A stretch of 64,000 nucleotides of DNA from Candidatus Geothermincolia bacterium (GTDB taxonomy: Bacteria; Actinomycetota; Geothermincolia; Fen-727; Anoxymicrobiaceae): the NCBI GenBank assembly GCA_038326775.1, contig JBBQKJ010000007.1, forward strand, positions 16,826 to 80,825, written 5' to 3'. A program made the position numbers and the translations under genes. This document shows, in pieces, positions 38,335 through 49,500 of the stretch (its first letter is position 1; every line of letters starts with the position of its first letter). The notes under the pieces are model-generated. The model did not search any database. It saw only the letters and a program-made list of their open reading frames with translations, and had not been told where the DNA came from.

Positions 38335-39018
38335 CAGCAGGTCGGGGCGGCGCCTGCGGGTGCGCTCCAGCGCCTGGGCCTCTCGCCACTGCTTTATGCG
38401 CCCGTGGTCTCCGGAGATAAGCACCTCCGGGACATCCCAGCCACGGTAGCTCGCCGGCCTGGTGTAGTGCGGGTACTCCAGCAGTGGACGGGCGAACGAC
38501 TCCTCGGCCAGCGACTCGCTGTTGCCCAGCGCGCCCGGCAGCAGGCGAGCCACCGCTTCGAGCACGACCGCGGCCGCGATCTCTCCCCCCGACAGGACGA
38601 AGTCACCCACCGATATCTCCCGGCCGGCCAGGTGCTCGCGCACGCGCTCGTCCACTCCCTCGTAGCGCCCGCACACGAAAACCAGAGTCTCCTCGGAGGC
38701 CAGGGCACGCGCCGTCTCCTGGTTGAATCGCTCCCCCTGCGGTGTGAGCAGTATGACCGGGAGCCGGTCCCGCAGCTCCGAGAAGTCGCCGCCGAAGACG
38801 CTCTCGACTGCATGCGCCACCACGTCCACCCTCAGCACCATTCCCGGACCGCCACCGTAAGGAGCGTCATCGACCTTGTGGTGCGGGTCCGGCGACAGCT
38901 CGTGCAGGTCGTGAAGGAGGACCTCCAGCGCCCCGGCCTCACCGGCGCGCCTGAGAACGCCTGCCCCCAGCGGCGAGGCGAGAACCTCGGGAAGCGCACA
39001 GAAGACGTGGACCTTCAA
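38332..39018 (-). CDS. trmD: tRNA (guanine37-N1)-methyltransferase TrmD
   Basis: MKVHVFCALPEVLASPLGAGVL... plus the SPOUT knot region. Lies between rimM and rplS. Confidence 0.95.
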   Translation of the reverse strand: MKVHVFCALPEVLASPLGAGVLRRAGEAGALEVLLHDLHELSPDPHHKVDDAPYGGGPGMVLRVDVVAHAVESVFGGDFSELRDRLPVILLTPQGERFNQETARALASEETLVFVCGRYEGVDERVREHLAGREISVGDFVLSGGEIAAAVVLEAVARLLPGALGNSESLAEESFARPLLEYPHYTRPASYRGWDVPEVLISGDHGRIKQWREAQALERTRRRRPDLL

Positions 39019-39555
39019 TCAAGGCACCATCCCTTCTATCACCTTCACGACTATTACCCGCTCGCCGGTATCCACGCTCTTCACGAACTCCCCCACTAAC
39101 GGCACCTGGAACTCTTTGTCCACCCCGCGAACCGCCAGCAGGTCCTGCGCGTGGCCGAAGATCACCTCGCCCACCTCCCCCAAAACCCGGCCGTCCTCCT
39201 CCACCACGCTCATCCCGACCAGGTCGTGGGCCCAGTACTCGTTCTCACCCAGGGGAGCGGCGTCGCGGGCGCGCACCAGAAGATAGCGCCCATTGAGCTT
39301 TTCCGCGGTGTCCCTGTCGCCCACCCCGGCGAGGCAGACCAGCAATTTTCCCTTGTGAGGGGTGGCGGATTCCACCGTTACGTGCTCGCGCCTGCCCCCG
39401 GGCGCTTCCATCAGAAGGGAGGCGCCTTCGTCGAAGCGCTCGGGCCAGTCGCTTTCCGGCGCTACGATTACGGCCCCACGAATGCCGTGGGGCCGGATCA
39501 CTCTGCCCACCACCAGGAGATCGTCGCCTCCCGGTTCATCGCTGGATTCACTCAA
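39019..39555 (-). CDS. rimM: 16S rRNA processing protein RimM
   Basis: LLVVGRVIRPHGIRGAVIV marks the N-terminal domain; a PRC barrel is C-terminal. Confidence 0.9.
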   Translation of the reverse strand: MSESSDEPGGDDLLVVGRVIRPHGIRGAVIVAPESDWPERFDEGASLLMEAPGGRREHVTVESATPHKGKLLVCLAGVGDRDTAEKLNGRYLLVRARDAAPLGENEYWAHDLVGMSVVEEDGRVLGEVGEVIFGHAQDLLAVRGVDKEFQVPLVGEFVKSVDTGERVIVVKVIEGMVP

Positions 39556-39782
39556 TCAAGTATCTCGACTATCGCGTTCTTGCCCTGCTTGGTGGCCGCC
39601 GCCTTGACCAGGGTGCGGAGCGCATTGGCGATGCGGCCCTGCTTGCCTATGACCTTTCCTACATCGTCCGGATGTACCCTGAGCTGCAGGATGACCGAGC
39701 GCTCGCCTTCTATCATCTCGATCTGCACGTCGTCGGGGTTGTCGACCAGCGCTTTTGCCAGGTACTCGAGTAGTTCCTTCAT
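39552..39782 (-). CDS. KH domain RNA-binding protein (UPF0109/YlqC-like)
   Basis: Start placed at MKELLEYLAKALVDNPDDV..., giving 76 aa. The GKQG loop VIGKQGRIANALR is present. Conserved between rpsP and rimM. Confidence 0.75.
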   Translation of the reverse strand: MKELLEYLAKALVDNPDDVQIEMIEGERSVILQLRVHPDDVGKVIGKQGRIANALRTLVKAAATKQGKNAIVEILD

Positions 39783-39826
39783 GTTCCGAGCCTCCAGTTG
39801 TCGGTACCAGGTGTGAGTGTGTGCCG

Positions 39827-40093
39827 CTACTTCTTCTTGGAACTCTGGAACTGCTCCCATACACCCTTGATCTTCATGAGGTTCTGAACCTGGTTGCTGG
39901 GTTGGGCACCCTGTCCGAGCCAGTACAACGCCCTCTCGCCGTTGAGCTCGATGGTCGACGGCTCGGTCAGCGGGTTGTAATGACCCAGCGACTCGATGTA
40001 CCGACCGTCGCGGGGCATTCGCGAGTCTGCCACCACTATGCGGTAGGCCGGTTGCTTCTTCTTCCCCATTCGCCGTAATCTGATCTTAACCAA
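39827..40093 (-). CDS. rpsP: 30S ribosomal protein S16
   Basis: [42 protein letters not shown]. Confidence 0.95.
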   Translation of the reverse strand: MVKIRLRRMGKKKQPAYRIVVADSRMPRDGRYIESLGHYNPLTEPSTIELNGERALYWLGQGAQPSNQVQNLMKIKGVWEQFQSSKKK

Positions 40094-40139
40094 GAATATC
40101 CTCCTTATGTTCCATTCTATTGTAGCAAAAAAGGCTCCA

Positions 40140-41471
40140 TCAGAAAGGAAAGAGCTTTTTCATCATCCCCATCTGGGAGCCCTTGCCGGAAAAAGCTTTC
40201 AGCATCTTCTGCATCTGGCCGAACTGTTTGACCAGCTGATTCACGTCCTGGGTGCTGGTACCGCTGCCCGCGGCGATGCGCCTCCTGCGGCCGGCGTTGA
40301 GCACCTGCGGGTTCTTTCTCTCCTCGGCGGTCATGGACCGGATTATGGCCTCTATCTTCTTGATGCGGCGGTCATCGACCTCGAGCCCGGACTGCCGCGC
40401 CATTCCGCCCATGCCCGGCACCATCTCCAGGACCTTGGACAGGCCGCCCATCTGGCGCAGCTGCTGCATCTGCTCCAGGAAGTCCTCGAAGTCGAACTTG
40501 TGTTTGCGCAGCTTCTCCTCGAGCTTGCGGGCGCGCTCCTCGGTCATGGACTCCTCGGCCTTCTCCACCAGGGTCACGACGTCGCCCATGCCCAGGATGC
40601 GAGAGGCCACCCGGTCGGGGTGGAACGGCTCGAGGTCGTCCACCTTCTCACCTGTGGAGGCGAGCTTTATCGGCCTGCCGGTTACGGACTTCATGGACAG
40701 CGCCGCGCCTCCGCGGGCGTCGCCGTCCATCTTGGTGATGATGACACCGTCGAAGTCGAGCTGCTCCAGAAACGACTGAGCCACGTTGACCGCATCCTGA
40801 CCGGTCATGGCATCCACCACCAGGAGTGTCTCGCTGGGGTGCACCGAGCCCTTGATGTCGACCAGCTCCTGCATCATCTCCTTGTCGATGTGCAGGCGGC
40901 CGGCGGTGTCCAGGATGACCAGGTCGTTTCCCTTGCGGGTCGCCTCCCTGACCGCCTCCTCGGCTATCTCCAGCGCGCTCTTGTGCTTGAAGTGGACGAC
41001 GGGGACGTCTATCTGGGAGCCCAGCGTCTGGAGCTGCTCGACGGCCGCCGGGCGGTAGACGTCGGCCGCGACAAGAATGGGGTCTCGCCCCTGGTGCCTG
41101 AGCATGACCGCGAGCTTGGCGGCGGCGGTGGTCTTACCGCTGCCCTGCAAGCCCACCAGCATGATGATAGAGGGCGGATGGCTAGCGAACTTGAGCGGGT
41201 CGGTCTTTCCGCCAAGGACGTCGGTCATCTCGTCGTAGACTATCTTCACCACCTGCTGGGCGGGGGTGACGCTCTTGACGACTTCCTCGCCGATGGCGCG
41301 CTCCCTGACGCGCGCGACAAACTCCTTGACGACCTTGAAGTTGACGTCGGACTCCAGCAGGACCAGTCGTATCTCCCGCATGGCCTCGTCGACGTCTTTC
41401 TCGTTCAGCTTGCCGCGTCCACGCAGCTTCGCGAACACGTCCTGGAGCCGGTCACCCAGGCTATCGAACAT
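40140..41471 (-). CDS. ffh: Signal recognition particle protein Ffh
   Basis: N domain, G domain ([14 protein letters not shown]) and a C-terminal Met-rich M domain. Confidence 0.95.
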   Translation of the reverse strand: MFDSLGDRLQDVFAKLRGRGKLNEKDVDEAMREIRLVLLESDVNFKVVKEFVARVRERAIGEEVVKSVTPAQQVVKIVYDEMTDVLGGKTDPLKFASHPPSIIMLVGLQGSGKTTAAAKLAVMLRHQGRDPILVAADVYRPAAVEQLQTLGSQIDVPVVHFKHKSALEIAEEAVREATRKGNDLVILDTAGRLHIDKEMMQELVDIKGSVHPSETLLVVDAMTGQDAVNVAQSFLEQLDFDGVIITKMDGDARGGAALSMKSVTGRPIKLASTGEKVDDLEPFHPDRVASRILGMGDVVTLVEKAEESMTEERARKLEEKLRKHKFDFEDFLEQMQQLRQMGGLSKVLEMVPGMGGMARQSGLEVDDRRIKKIEAIIRSMTAEERKNPQVLNAGRRRRIAAGSGTSTQDVNQLVKQFGQMQKMLKAFSGKGSQMGMMKKLFPF

Positions 41472-41574
41472 CGCAACTCCTGTTTACTCGCCGACAGGTA
41501 AGGGATTGTACCATGCCGGATTACACATAAAGAATGGTAGGCCTCGGCCGGTTGGTGTCAAGCGCGTGATCCGT

Positions 41575-42171
41575 CTATCTCGTGCCGCGGGCGAAGGCGA
41601 ACCAGCTGTTCGGGGAGGGGCCGCTCTCGACTCCCGAGAATCCGGCCTCGCGCATGGGTGCCAGCGAGTCGGTGATGTCACTGCCTGCCATGTGGTCGCC
41701 CAGGAAGAGGCGGGCGAGGAGATTCGCGACCGGCGCGTCCGGTGGCTGCAGGTCGACCGCCACGAATCGGCCGCCCGGCTTGAGTACCCGGTAGACTTCC
41801 GCCAGGCCGGCGCGTTTCACATCGGACGGAAGGTGGTGCATGACCAGCGTGTTCATCACCAGGTCGAAGCCGCCGTCCGCGAAAGGCAGATCTTCGATGA
41901 GGCCGACCTGGAAATGAGCGTTCGAGCGTGCGCGCACCGCTTTGCGTCGCGCGACCTCTATCATCTCCGGGGCCGCGTCCACTCCTTGCGCCCGGCCGTT
42001 GGGGCCTACGTGGGCGCCGGCGGCCAGTGTCAACCTGCCAGTCCCGCAGCCGACGTCCAGCACGCTCTCCCCGGGTTTCGCTTCGGCTATTTCGAGCGCC
42101 ATCCGCCAGAGCCGCATGTCGAGCCCGAAAAGCATCGCGCAACCGAGGTCGTACATACGCGCCTTGCGCAT
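41575..42171 (-). CDS. Class I SAM-dependent methyltransferase (type 11 domain)
   Basis: VLDVGCGTGRL (motif I), ...LKPGGRFV... Start placed at MRKARMYDL. Substrate unknown. Confidence 0.68.
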   Translation of the reverse strand: MRKARMYDLGCAMLFGLDMRLWRMALEIAEAKPGESVLDVGCGTGRLTLAAGAHVGPNGRAQGVDAAPEMIEVARRKAVRARSNAHFQVGLIEDLPFADGGFDLVMNTLVMHHLPSDVKRAGLAEVYRVLKPGGRFVAVDLQPPDAPVANLLARLFLGDHMAGSDITDSLAPMREAGFSGVESGPSPNSWFAFARGTR

Positions 42172-42337
42172 GGGGCGCCCGTCGGTCGAGGGATCGCCTT
42201 CGGAGGAGATGTGCCGGTGATGTGACCTCATGACACGCGCACGTCCCCCTGAGGCCACGCGCGGTACCCGCGCCCGAACACGGAGACCCGGCCGCTTGGG
42301 GCCGGGTCTCTTAGAGATAAGCGCAAAGCGGGATACC

Positions 42338-42484
42338 TTATGCTTTCCCCGTGATCTTGAATATCTTGGTCCCGCACTTGGGGCAGGTGCCCTTCATGGC
42401 CTTCATCTTGTTCTTCATGATGACTTCCTCGGGCTCTTTCATCTCGCGCTTCTCCTTGCACTTCACGCAATAACCTTCCGTCAT
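42338..42484 (-). CDS. Small zinc-ribbon protein (DUF5679-like), 48 aa
   Basis: MTEGYCVKCKEKREMKEPEEVIMKNKMKAMKGTCPKCGTKIFKITGKA carries a CxxC...CxxC pair. The 44 upstream codons of the maximal ORF are Arg/Gly-rich junk. Confidence 0.5.
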   Translation of the reverse strand: MTEGYCVKCKEKREMKEPEEVIMKNKMKAMKGTCPKCGTKIFKITGKA

Positions 42485-42693
42485 GCCTCTCCTCCTTTTC
42501 CCTGGCCCCGCTGGACCAAATGCTGAATTCCTCGCTTTTACTCTCAGATTTGACCGTTCCGGCTGATTTACCTTAACAGGTTTCGCCGGAGCCCGCCCTC
42601 TGACCTCCCTGCCCAACTCGGAGGAAATGCTTCTTTCGTCTCGAAGGGGGACGCGGTATATACTTCACACAGCGCTATCCGGGAGGAGCAGAC

Positions 42694-43344
42694 ATGCCTG
42701 AGGATTTTGATGACGTGCGACACGGCTACTACGAATCCCGCTGCGAGGCGGCGGTCAAAGCGCTGGGGAAGCGCTGGTTCGAAGCCAGGTGGTTCGATAA
42801 CCAGGAGAGGGCGGCCGAGGCGGTCCTCGAGCTCATCCCACGAGGCTCGAAGGTCGGAGCGGGGGGGTCTGTGACCCTGCGGGAGACCGGAGTGCTGGAG
42901 CTTCTGGAGGAGCGCGGCGACGAGGTCGTGTACCACAGGCCGGAGATGGGATTTGAGGAGAGCCTCGAAGTTCGCAAGGAGGCCATCACGTGCCCGTACT
43001 TCCTCTGCTCGAGCAACTCCATAACCATGGAGGGAGAGCTTATCAATACAGACGGCATGGGAAACAGGGTCGCGGGAATGATTTTCGGGCCTCAGACGGT
43101 GATAGTGCTCGCCGGCGCCAACAAGCTGGTCGAAAACCGCCAGGAGGCGTTCTCTCGCATAAGGAACGTCGCCGCGCCCGCCAATGCCCGCAGGCTGGGC
43201 ATGGACCTGCCCTGCGTGACGAAGGGGCGCTGCGTGGACTGCGGCGAGCCCATGAACATATGCAGGGTGACCACTATCATCAGCCGCAAGCCGATACTGA
43301 CCGACCTCAAGGTCTACCTGGTCGCCGAGCCCCTCGGCCTGTGA
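42694..43344 (+). CDS. LUD-domain (LutC/YkgG-like, DUF162) protein
   Basis: Length and blocks (...VGAGGSVTL...GANKLVEN...) resemble LutC-family proteins. A CxxC pair lies near the C-terminus. The family was assigned from memory. Confidence 0.5.
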   Translation: MPEDFDDVRHGYYESRCEAAVKALGKRWFEARWFDNQERAAEAVLELIPRGSKVGAGGSVTLRETGVLELLEERGDEVVYHRPEMGFEESLEVRKEAITCPYFLCSSNSITMEGELINTDGMGNRVAGMIFGPQTVIVLAGANKLVENRQEAFSRIRNVAAPANARRLGMDLPCVTKGRCVDCGEPMNICRVTTIISRKPILTDLKVYLVAEPLGL

Positions 43345-43370
43345 CATGACACGGGGAGCAGGCCGGCCCC

Positions 43371-44162
43371 TCAGTCTTCGGCTGCAGCCTGGTGGAGGTA
43401 AGCCTTGATGACGCAGTGCTCCTCGAAGCCAAGCCTGCGGTACACCGGAAGGCCCATTTCCGTCGCGTGGAGGATACCCAGACGGCAGCCGCCCGCCCTC
43501 GCGTCCAGCTGTGGGGCCAGGCTCACGAGCGCACCCATCCCGGCGCCGCGGCACTCGGGCAACGTCGCGACGTTGTAGAGGCCGACCACCTCGCCGTCCG
43601 AGAAGGTTGAAGAGCAAGCGGTGGGCGTATCGTCCTGGTAGCCGACAAAGTGCCTGAAAGGGCAGGTCGCCCCGAGCCCCGCGAGCCGAATGGCGCCGGT
43701 GAAAAATTCGGTGACGAAGTCGGGTATCTCGTAACCCCGTTGAAACACCCCGGCCCAGTCCGCGAGGCCATCTTCGCTGTCGACCGAGGCGATTCGCGCC
43801 CCTGGCGGCGCCTCCGCATCCCCCAGCGCCGAAAGCTCTACTGCCATCCCGGGGGCCTCCTGGGCCAGCACCAGCCCGTGCTTCTCGAGAGCGCCCCCCA
43901 GGCCGGCAGGGAGCGTGGAAGGGCCGACCCACCAGAGCATCGGAAGGCTTCTGGACCTGAAGTGCTCGAGAGCGCCCTCTATCCTGTCGTGGATGCCGCC
44001 CTCGCCGAACCTCGCGTTGAAAACGCCGTTGCAAAGCGCGTAATCCACGCCGCTCGAGAAGCGCATCATGTCCCGTCCGTCGTAGAGATCCACGCCCGGA
44101 ATGCTGACAAGATGCCTCCACGCCTCTACCAGGTTCTTTTCTATCGCCTCAACATAGTCCAT
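43371..44162 (-). CDS. GNAT family N-acetyltransferase (tandem/extended GNAT)
   Basis: The C-terminal half has the acetyl-CoA-binding motif LYNVATLPECRGAGMGAL and the ...YRRLGFEE tail typical of GNAT. Confidence 0.62.
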   Translation of the reverse strand: MDYVEAIEKNLVEAWRHLVSIPGVDLYDGRDMMRFSSGVDYALCNGVFNARFGEGGIHDRIEGALEHFRSRSLPMLWWVGPSTLPAGLGGALEKHGLVLAQEAPGMAVELSALGDAEAPPGARIASVDSEDGLADWAGVFQRGYEIPDFVTEFFTGAIRLAGLGATCPFRHFVGYQDDTPTACSSTFSDGEVVGLYNVATLPECRGAGMGALVSLAPQLDARAGGCRLGILHATEMGLPVYRRLGFEEHCVIKAYLHQAAAED

Positions 44163-44217
44163 CGTGGGCCTTCATCACTCCTGCTCCCGGTCCGGGGCCT
44201 GCGCGGCGTTCTGTTGA

Positions 44218-45234
44218 TCAGGGGGGACGGCGGTACCAGTCCACCAGCTTCGCGACGGGTGGATAGATATATCGAGCGGCGCCGAGGCTCCTGGCGACCT
44301 TCTCGGACTTCTCAGGGACCTTCGACTTCGCCGAGCGCAGCGCGATGAACCACGCGCGCGGGTTCCTGCGTGAAAGCAGCCCTTCCAGGCTGTAGACGCT
44401 GACGTCGCGCACGCCGGCGGCCAGCGCCGCCTGCACCCCCACCAGCAGCTCCTCCGGCCTCCTGAACGTCGGTTCGTCCTCGAGCACACCAGCGCCTGTC
44501 AGCCCCAGCGACACACCCGCCCCGCCGGCATATTTCTCCGTCAGCTTCAGGCAGGAATCGTAGACAAGCCAGTTGGCGTCGCGTGAGTTCATAGCACCCC
44601 CGGCCATTCCCTCGATCATGGTGACGTAGAGCATGGGGCTGATGACATCCCAGGCGATCCCGGCCACCGGCGTCTCGCTCATGTCCTGTATCAGCTCGTG
44701 CTCCCCCTCCAGTTCGAGCCCCACCCACGGCATGACCGCGGCGACGGTCCTTATCCCCCGGTCCTGTATCCAGTGGTTGAGCTCGTCCAGGCCCGCCTTG
44801 GCCTTGAAGTAGCGCTCTCGGTCGAGGTTGTCACGCATGGCGTCGTAGACTCCCTTGAGTTTCGAGAGCCTGGTGGAGGCGCCGCTGACCTCGTGCATCT
44901 GCTGTACGGGAGGCTCGAGGTCGAGGGCCAGCATGTCCGGCACTACCTCGTTCTTCAGGGACCACTCGACCATGTGCCTGACCATAGCCGAGTACTCCGT
45001 GATGTTGCCCTCCCCGGGAAAGTACCCCTGTTCCTGCTCCATCAGGGGCCAGAAGGTCAGCTCGATGCCCGCCTGTCTCAGCTTGCGAAAAGCGTTGGCG
45101 TTCTTCTTTGTCAGCGAGACCGGGTACATCGCCGCCGCGACACCCGCCTCGAACTCGCTCAAGAGCTCTATGGCGTTCTTAGCGATGTCCGGCGGAGTGA
45201 TGAATTCCGCCCAGAACCTCAGGTGATATTTCAT
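44218..45234 (-). CDS. Hypothetical protein (possible TIM-barrel glycosidase-like fold)
   Basis: Long ORF with protein-like composition and no recognised motifs. Start placed at MKYHLRFWAEF. Confidence 0.4.
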   Translation of the reverse strand: MKYHLRFWAEFITPPDIAKNAIELLSEFEAGVAAAMYPVSLTKKNANAFRKLRQAGIELTFWPLMEQEQGYFPGEGNITEYSAMVRHMVEWSLKNEVVPDMLALDLEPPVQQMHEVSGASTRLSKLKGVYDAMRDNLDRERYFKAKAGLDELNHWIQDRGIRTVAAVMPWVGLELEGEHELIQDMSETPVAGIAWDVISPMLYVTMIEGMAGGAMNSRDANWLVYDSCLKLTEKYAGGAGVSLGLTGAGVLEDEPTFRRPEELLVGVQAALAAGVRDVSVYSLEGLLSRRNPRAWFIALRSAKSKVPEKSEKVARSLGAARYIYPPVAKLVDWYRRPP

Positions 45235-45342
45235 AAGAGCATTATCGAGCCAATCGGTCTCAGCAGGCAACATCCGCGCACGCGGCCGTCCGTAGACCAG
45301 GTCAGACGGAAGATTGCTGAAAAAGCCAGCGCGGGTTCAAGT

Positions 45343-46509
45343 TCAGAAGAGCGCGCGGGCGTACTCAGCCGGGTCGAAGGGGCGAAGGTCGGCCATCCCT
45401 TCACCGACCCCGATGTGAGAGACCGGGATACCGATCTCCCTTCCAATAGCCATTACCACGCCGCCCCTGGCGCTCCCGTCCATCTTGGTCAGAGCGATGG
45501 AGCCTATATCAAGAGCCTCTCCGAAGATCCGGGCCTGGGCCACCCCGTTCTGCCCGGTCGTCGCATCGATGACCAGGATGGCCTGCGGGGCGCTCTCGAG
45601 CTGGCGCTCTGCGACCCTCCACATCTTGCCCAGCTCCTCCATGAGGTTTTTCTTGGTGTGAAGCCGGCCGGCCGTGTCCACCACCACCACGTCGATGCCC
45701 CTGGCCTGCGCGGACTCGATAGCGTCGAACACCACCGCCGCCGGGTCTCCACCCGGCTTGTGGCGCACCACGGGCGCGCCGACCCTGTTCGCCCACATCT
45801 CCATCTGCTCTATGCCTGCGGCCCTGAAGGTGTCGGCCGCGGCGAAAAGGACCTTACTTCCCTCCTGCTTGAGCTGGAAGCCTATCTTGGCGCAGGTGGT
45901 GGTCTTGCCCACCCCGTTTACCCCTACCACGAACAGCACCCGGGGCTTCTCCTCCGGCGGCGAGGGAGAGCTGCCGAACGATTCCAGCATCTCCACGACC
46001 TGGCTTCGGAACGCCTGCTTGAGGCCTTCCATGTCACGTATGCCCTCTTTGAGGATACTTTTGCGGGCGCGCTCCACAAGCTCGGTGGCGCAGGTAACGC
46101 CCGTGTCGGCGGCTATGAGCGCCTCCTCGGCTTCGCTCCAGAATTCCGGGTCGATAGCCCTGCGAGTCGCCGCACGGGTGAACGGCCGGGAGAGCACCCT
46201 TCGGGAGCGGAAGAGGCCGCGCCTGTAGCGCTTGCCCTCGTCCTCCTCTCCCTCGTCTTCGGCCTCCTCCTCCTCCTCGGCGGCGGCGGCCTCCAACTCG
46301 ATGACCTCGTCCCCCGGCGCCAGGGGCTCTGCCTCAAGCGCCGCCTGTCCGGGGCGGCCCGGCTCAAGCGGGGGCTCATCGTGAGGCTCGAGCTCCTCGA
46401 TTTGCGGGCCCGAGATACCCGGCTCAAGCAGGGGTTTCTTCGTGGATTCGCCGCGCGCCTTTTTCTTTCGCTCCTTGCGGGGGCGTTTCTTTCCCGGGTT
46501 GGCCGCCAT
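45343..46509 (-). CDS. ftsY: Signal recognition particle receptor FtsY
   Basis: Acidic/basic N-terminal region, then NG domain (VGVNGVGKTTT, DTAGR). Confidence 0.95.
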   Translation of the reverse strand: MAANPGKKRPRKERKKKARGESTKKPLLEPGISGPQIEELEPHDEPPLEPGRPGQAALEAEPLAPGDEVIELEAAAAEEEEEAEDEGEEDEGKRYRRGLFRSRRVLSRPFTRAATRRAIDPEFWSEAEEALIAADTGVTCATELVERARKSILKEGIRDMEGLKQAFRSQVVEMLESFGSSPSPPEEKPRVLFVVGVNGVGKTTTCAKIGFQLKQEGSKVLFAAADTFRAAGIEQMEMWANRVGAPVVRHKPGGDPAAVVFDAIESAQARGIDVVVVDTAGRLHTKKNLMEELGKMWRVAERQLESAPQAILVIDATTGQNGVAQARIFGEALDIGSIALTKMDGSARGGVVMAIGREIGIPVSHIGVGEGMADLRPFDPAEYARALF

Positions 46510-49500
46510 CAGCTCGCGACCTTCTGAGAAACCACCCTGGAAACTCCGTCCTCCTGCATGGTCACCCCGTACAGGATGTCGGCGATCTCCATCGACCTCT
46601 TCTGGTGGGTGATAAGGATCAGTTGAGACTCGTCCTTGAACTGTTTGACCAGGTCCAGGAAGCGGTGGAGGTTGACGTCGTCGAGCGCGGCCTCGACCTC
46701 GTCCAGGAAATAGAACGGGCTCGGCCGCACCTTGAACAGGGCAAAGAAGAAAGCAAGCGCGGTGAGGGAGGTTTCGCCGCCGGAGAGCAGGGAGATGCGG
46801 CGAAGCTTTTTCCCCTCGGGCTGTGCCAGTATCTCGACCCCGGATGCCAGCGGGTCGTCGGGGTCGGTCAGCCGAAGCTCCGCGTTCCCGTTTGGGAACA
46901 GCGTGCGAAAGATGTCCTGGAAGTGAGCGTTGATGGTGTCGAGGGTCTCCTTGAAAGTGACCTCGATCTCCTGGTCGACCTGTCGCACGACCCGGCGCAG
47001 TTGTGTTTTCGACTTCTCGATGTCATCTGTCTGCGTCTTCAGGAACTCGAAGCGCTGCTCGAGGGCCTCCCTCTCGGTGATGGCCTCGGGGTTGACAGGC
47101 CCGATGTGCTCGAGCTCGGCGGCGAGATTGCGAACCTTCTCTTCGAGCCCTGGCCCGGGCTCCTCTTCCGGGTACTGCTTGAGCGCGAAATCCAGCGGGA
47201 CCTTATGCCCATCCACTATGCGCTCCACCAGCTGTTCGACCCTTATCTTGAGTTCCGCTCGAGAGAGATCTTCCCCGTGGACCAGGTCGCGAACCTCCTC
47301 GTGGCCGTCCTGCAGCTTGCCCACCTCTTCACGCATCGCGCGAAGCGTCCTGGCTTCCTCCTCGGCCTTCAGCGCTCCTTCCTCGATATCGACGCGCACC
47401 CTCTCCCGCGTGCGGCTCACCTGTTCGACCAGCCGGCTGTGGAAACCCGCCAGCCGCTCGGTGATCTGCACCCGGAGCTCGGCGGGAAGCTCGAGCAGCA
47501 TGTCTTCCGCCCGCTCGAGCGCGCCGCGGAGCCGGCCCGCCTTCGCGACGCCGGCCTCGAGCTCCCTCTCCAGCGAGGCCAGCCCGGCCCCGGCTGAAGC
47601 CACCGCGCCCGAGGCGTCCGCGCGAGCCAGCTCGGTTTTACGCAAAAGCTCTACGATGTCGGCCTCACGCTGTCGAAGGTCCCGGAGCCTTTCCTCAAGC
47701 CCGTCGGGGTCCATCTCCGGATCCGGAACACCCTCTTGCCTGTCCGCCAGGTTCGCTATCTCTTGCCTGACCTCCTCGATCCGCGCCAGGCACCAGGCAA
47801 GCGACCCCGAGCGGCGAGCGGCCTCCGCGGTCGCCTCACCGAGCTTACCCCTGGCATCCCGGAGCTCCCGGGCCGTGTCGGCTGCTTCCTTCCCGACGGC
47901 TTTCAGCCCCAGCTCCAGCTCCTGGGAGCGCGCGTTGCAATCCGAAAGCGCCTCCTCCATCTTTTCCCTGCGGCTGAGGGTCAGCTCGAGGTGCACGCGG
48001 TTGACCGCCGGGCTGCCGCCCTTCACCAGCGCACCTCCCGAGATGACATCGCCCTCGGGAGTCAGGAAGACCAGGTGCCGGTGAAGCTCCGCCAGCCTGA
48101 ACGCCTCGTCGAGGTCGGGCGCGATAAAAACCCCGTCCAGCAGTGCGTCAAGCGCGTTGTCGAACCACTCCTGCGCCTCGACGACGTCTCTGGCCCTCAA
48201 GCAGCCCCCGGGCACCGGCGCGCTTTCGCCGACGCCTGGTAGCGCGTCCGCGGCCGAATGGCGGAAGAACAGCGACTGGCCGAGGCCGTGCCGCTTCAGG
48301 TGCCTGATGGCCTGCTTGATTGTTTCGCCGTCCCGGGCGATAAGCCCGAAAGCCCAGGGCCCGAGGAAGCTCATGACCGCGCTCTCGTACTCGGGCCGTA
48401 TTTTCATGCTCTCAGCCAGCGTGCCACCCAGGCCGCCGCCGGTCGGGTCGCCCGCCTTGAGGGAGGCCGCAGTGTTGAGTACGCTCCAGGACCCGGTCTC
48501 GAGCCGACAGAGCAGGTCCAGCGTCGCGAGCAATCCGGCCTGCTCCCCCTCGAGACCCCGGAGGGCTTCTCGCGTCCCGGCTCGCTTCTCCTCGGCCAGG
48601 ACAAGCGTTTCCTCGAGCACTCCGACTTCCTCGAGCCGCGCCCGCGCTGACTCCTCGAGACCCGCCGTCTCACCCTCCAAACCTATTCTCTGTCTCTGAA
48701 GCGCTTCAAACTCTTCTTTCTTGTCGGCGAGCATCCGGGGTCCGACAGCGCCGAACTCGCCTTCCGCCGACCTCAGTACCTCGAGGCGCGCCTCCAGTGC
48801 GGCCCCCTGGCGGGAGCTGTCGTTGAGCTGGTGGTTGAGCTCCCGGATGCGCTCGGAAAGCCGGGCCTCCTGGCTTCGAAGCCTGTCCGAATCCGCCTGG
48901 AGCTCCACCTTTCGCCCCTCCATCTCCCTGTTGGCGGCTTCCAGGAGCTTCAGCTCCGCTGGGTCAGGCGCTGGTCGCACGCCTTCCTGGCGCCTGCTCC
49001 GCTCATCCCATAAGCCCAGCAGCGCCTTGAGCCTTTCGTGAAGCGATACCAAACGGTAAAGACTCTCCCGCAGGCCCGCTTCCCTGGTCCTCCAACCCGC
49101 CTGCCGGTCTTCCAGCTCCGAGGCGGCCTTCGCCTTTCCGACCAGCTCGCGCTCGAGCTCCTCGAGGCGCCTGCCGCGCGCGTCCTGGACATCCTGGTGC
49201 AGCTGCCACTCCTTCTGCATTGCCCGCAGGTGCGCCACGTCGAGCCTCAGCCGCGCGTCGGCCATCTCTCGCGTGAGGGACTGGTACTGCTCAAGCCTCC
49301 CTGCCTGCCGTTGGAGAGGGCGCAGCTGCCTGCGGACCTCGCGTATAACGTCGTTTGTCCGCACCAGCTCGTCCTCCATGCGGGACAGCCTGCGCACGGC
49401 CTTCTCCCGGCGGCGGCGGTACTTGAGCAGACCGCCCGCCTCCTCGATATAGTCCCGGCGCTCCTCAGGCCTGCAGGAAAGGACCTCGTCGAGCTGGCCC

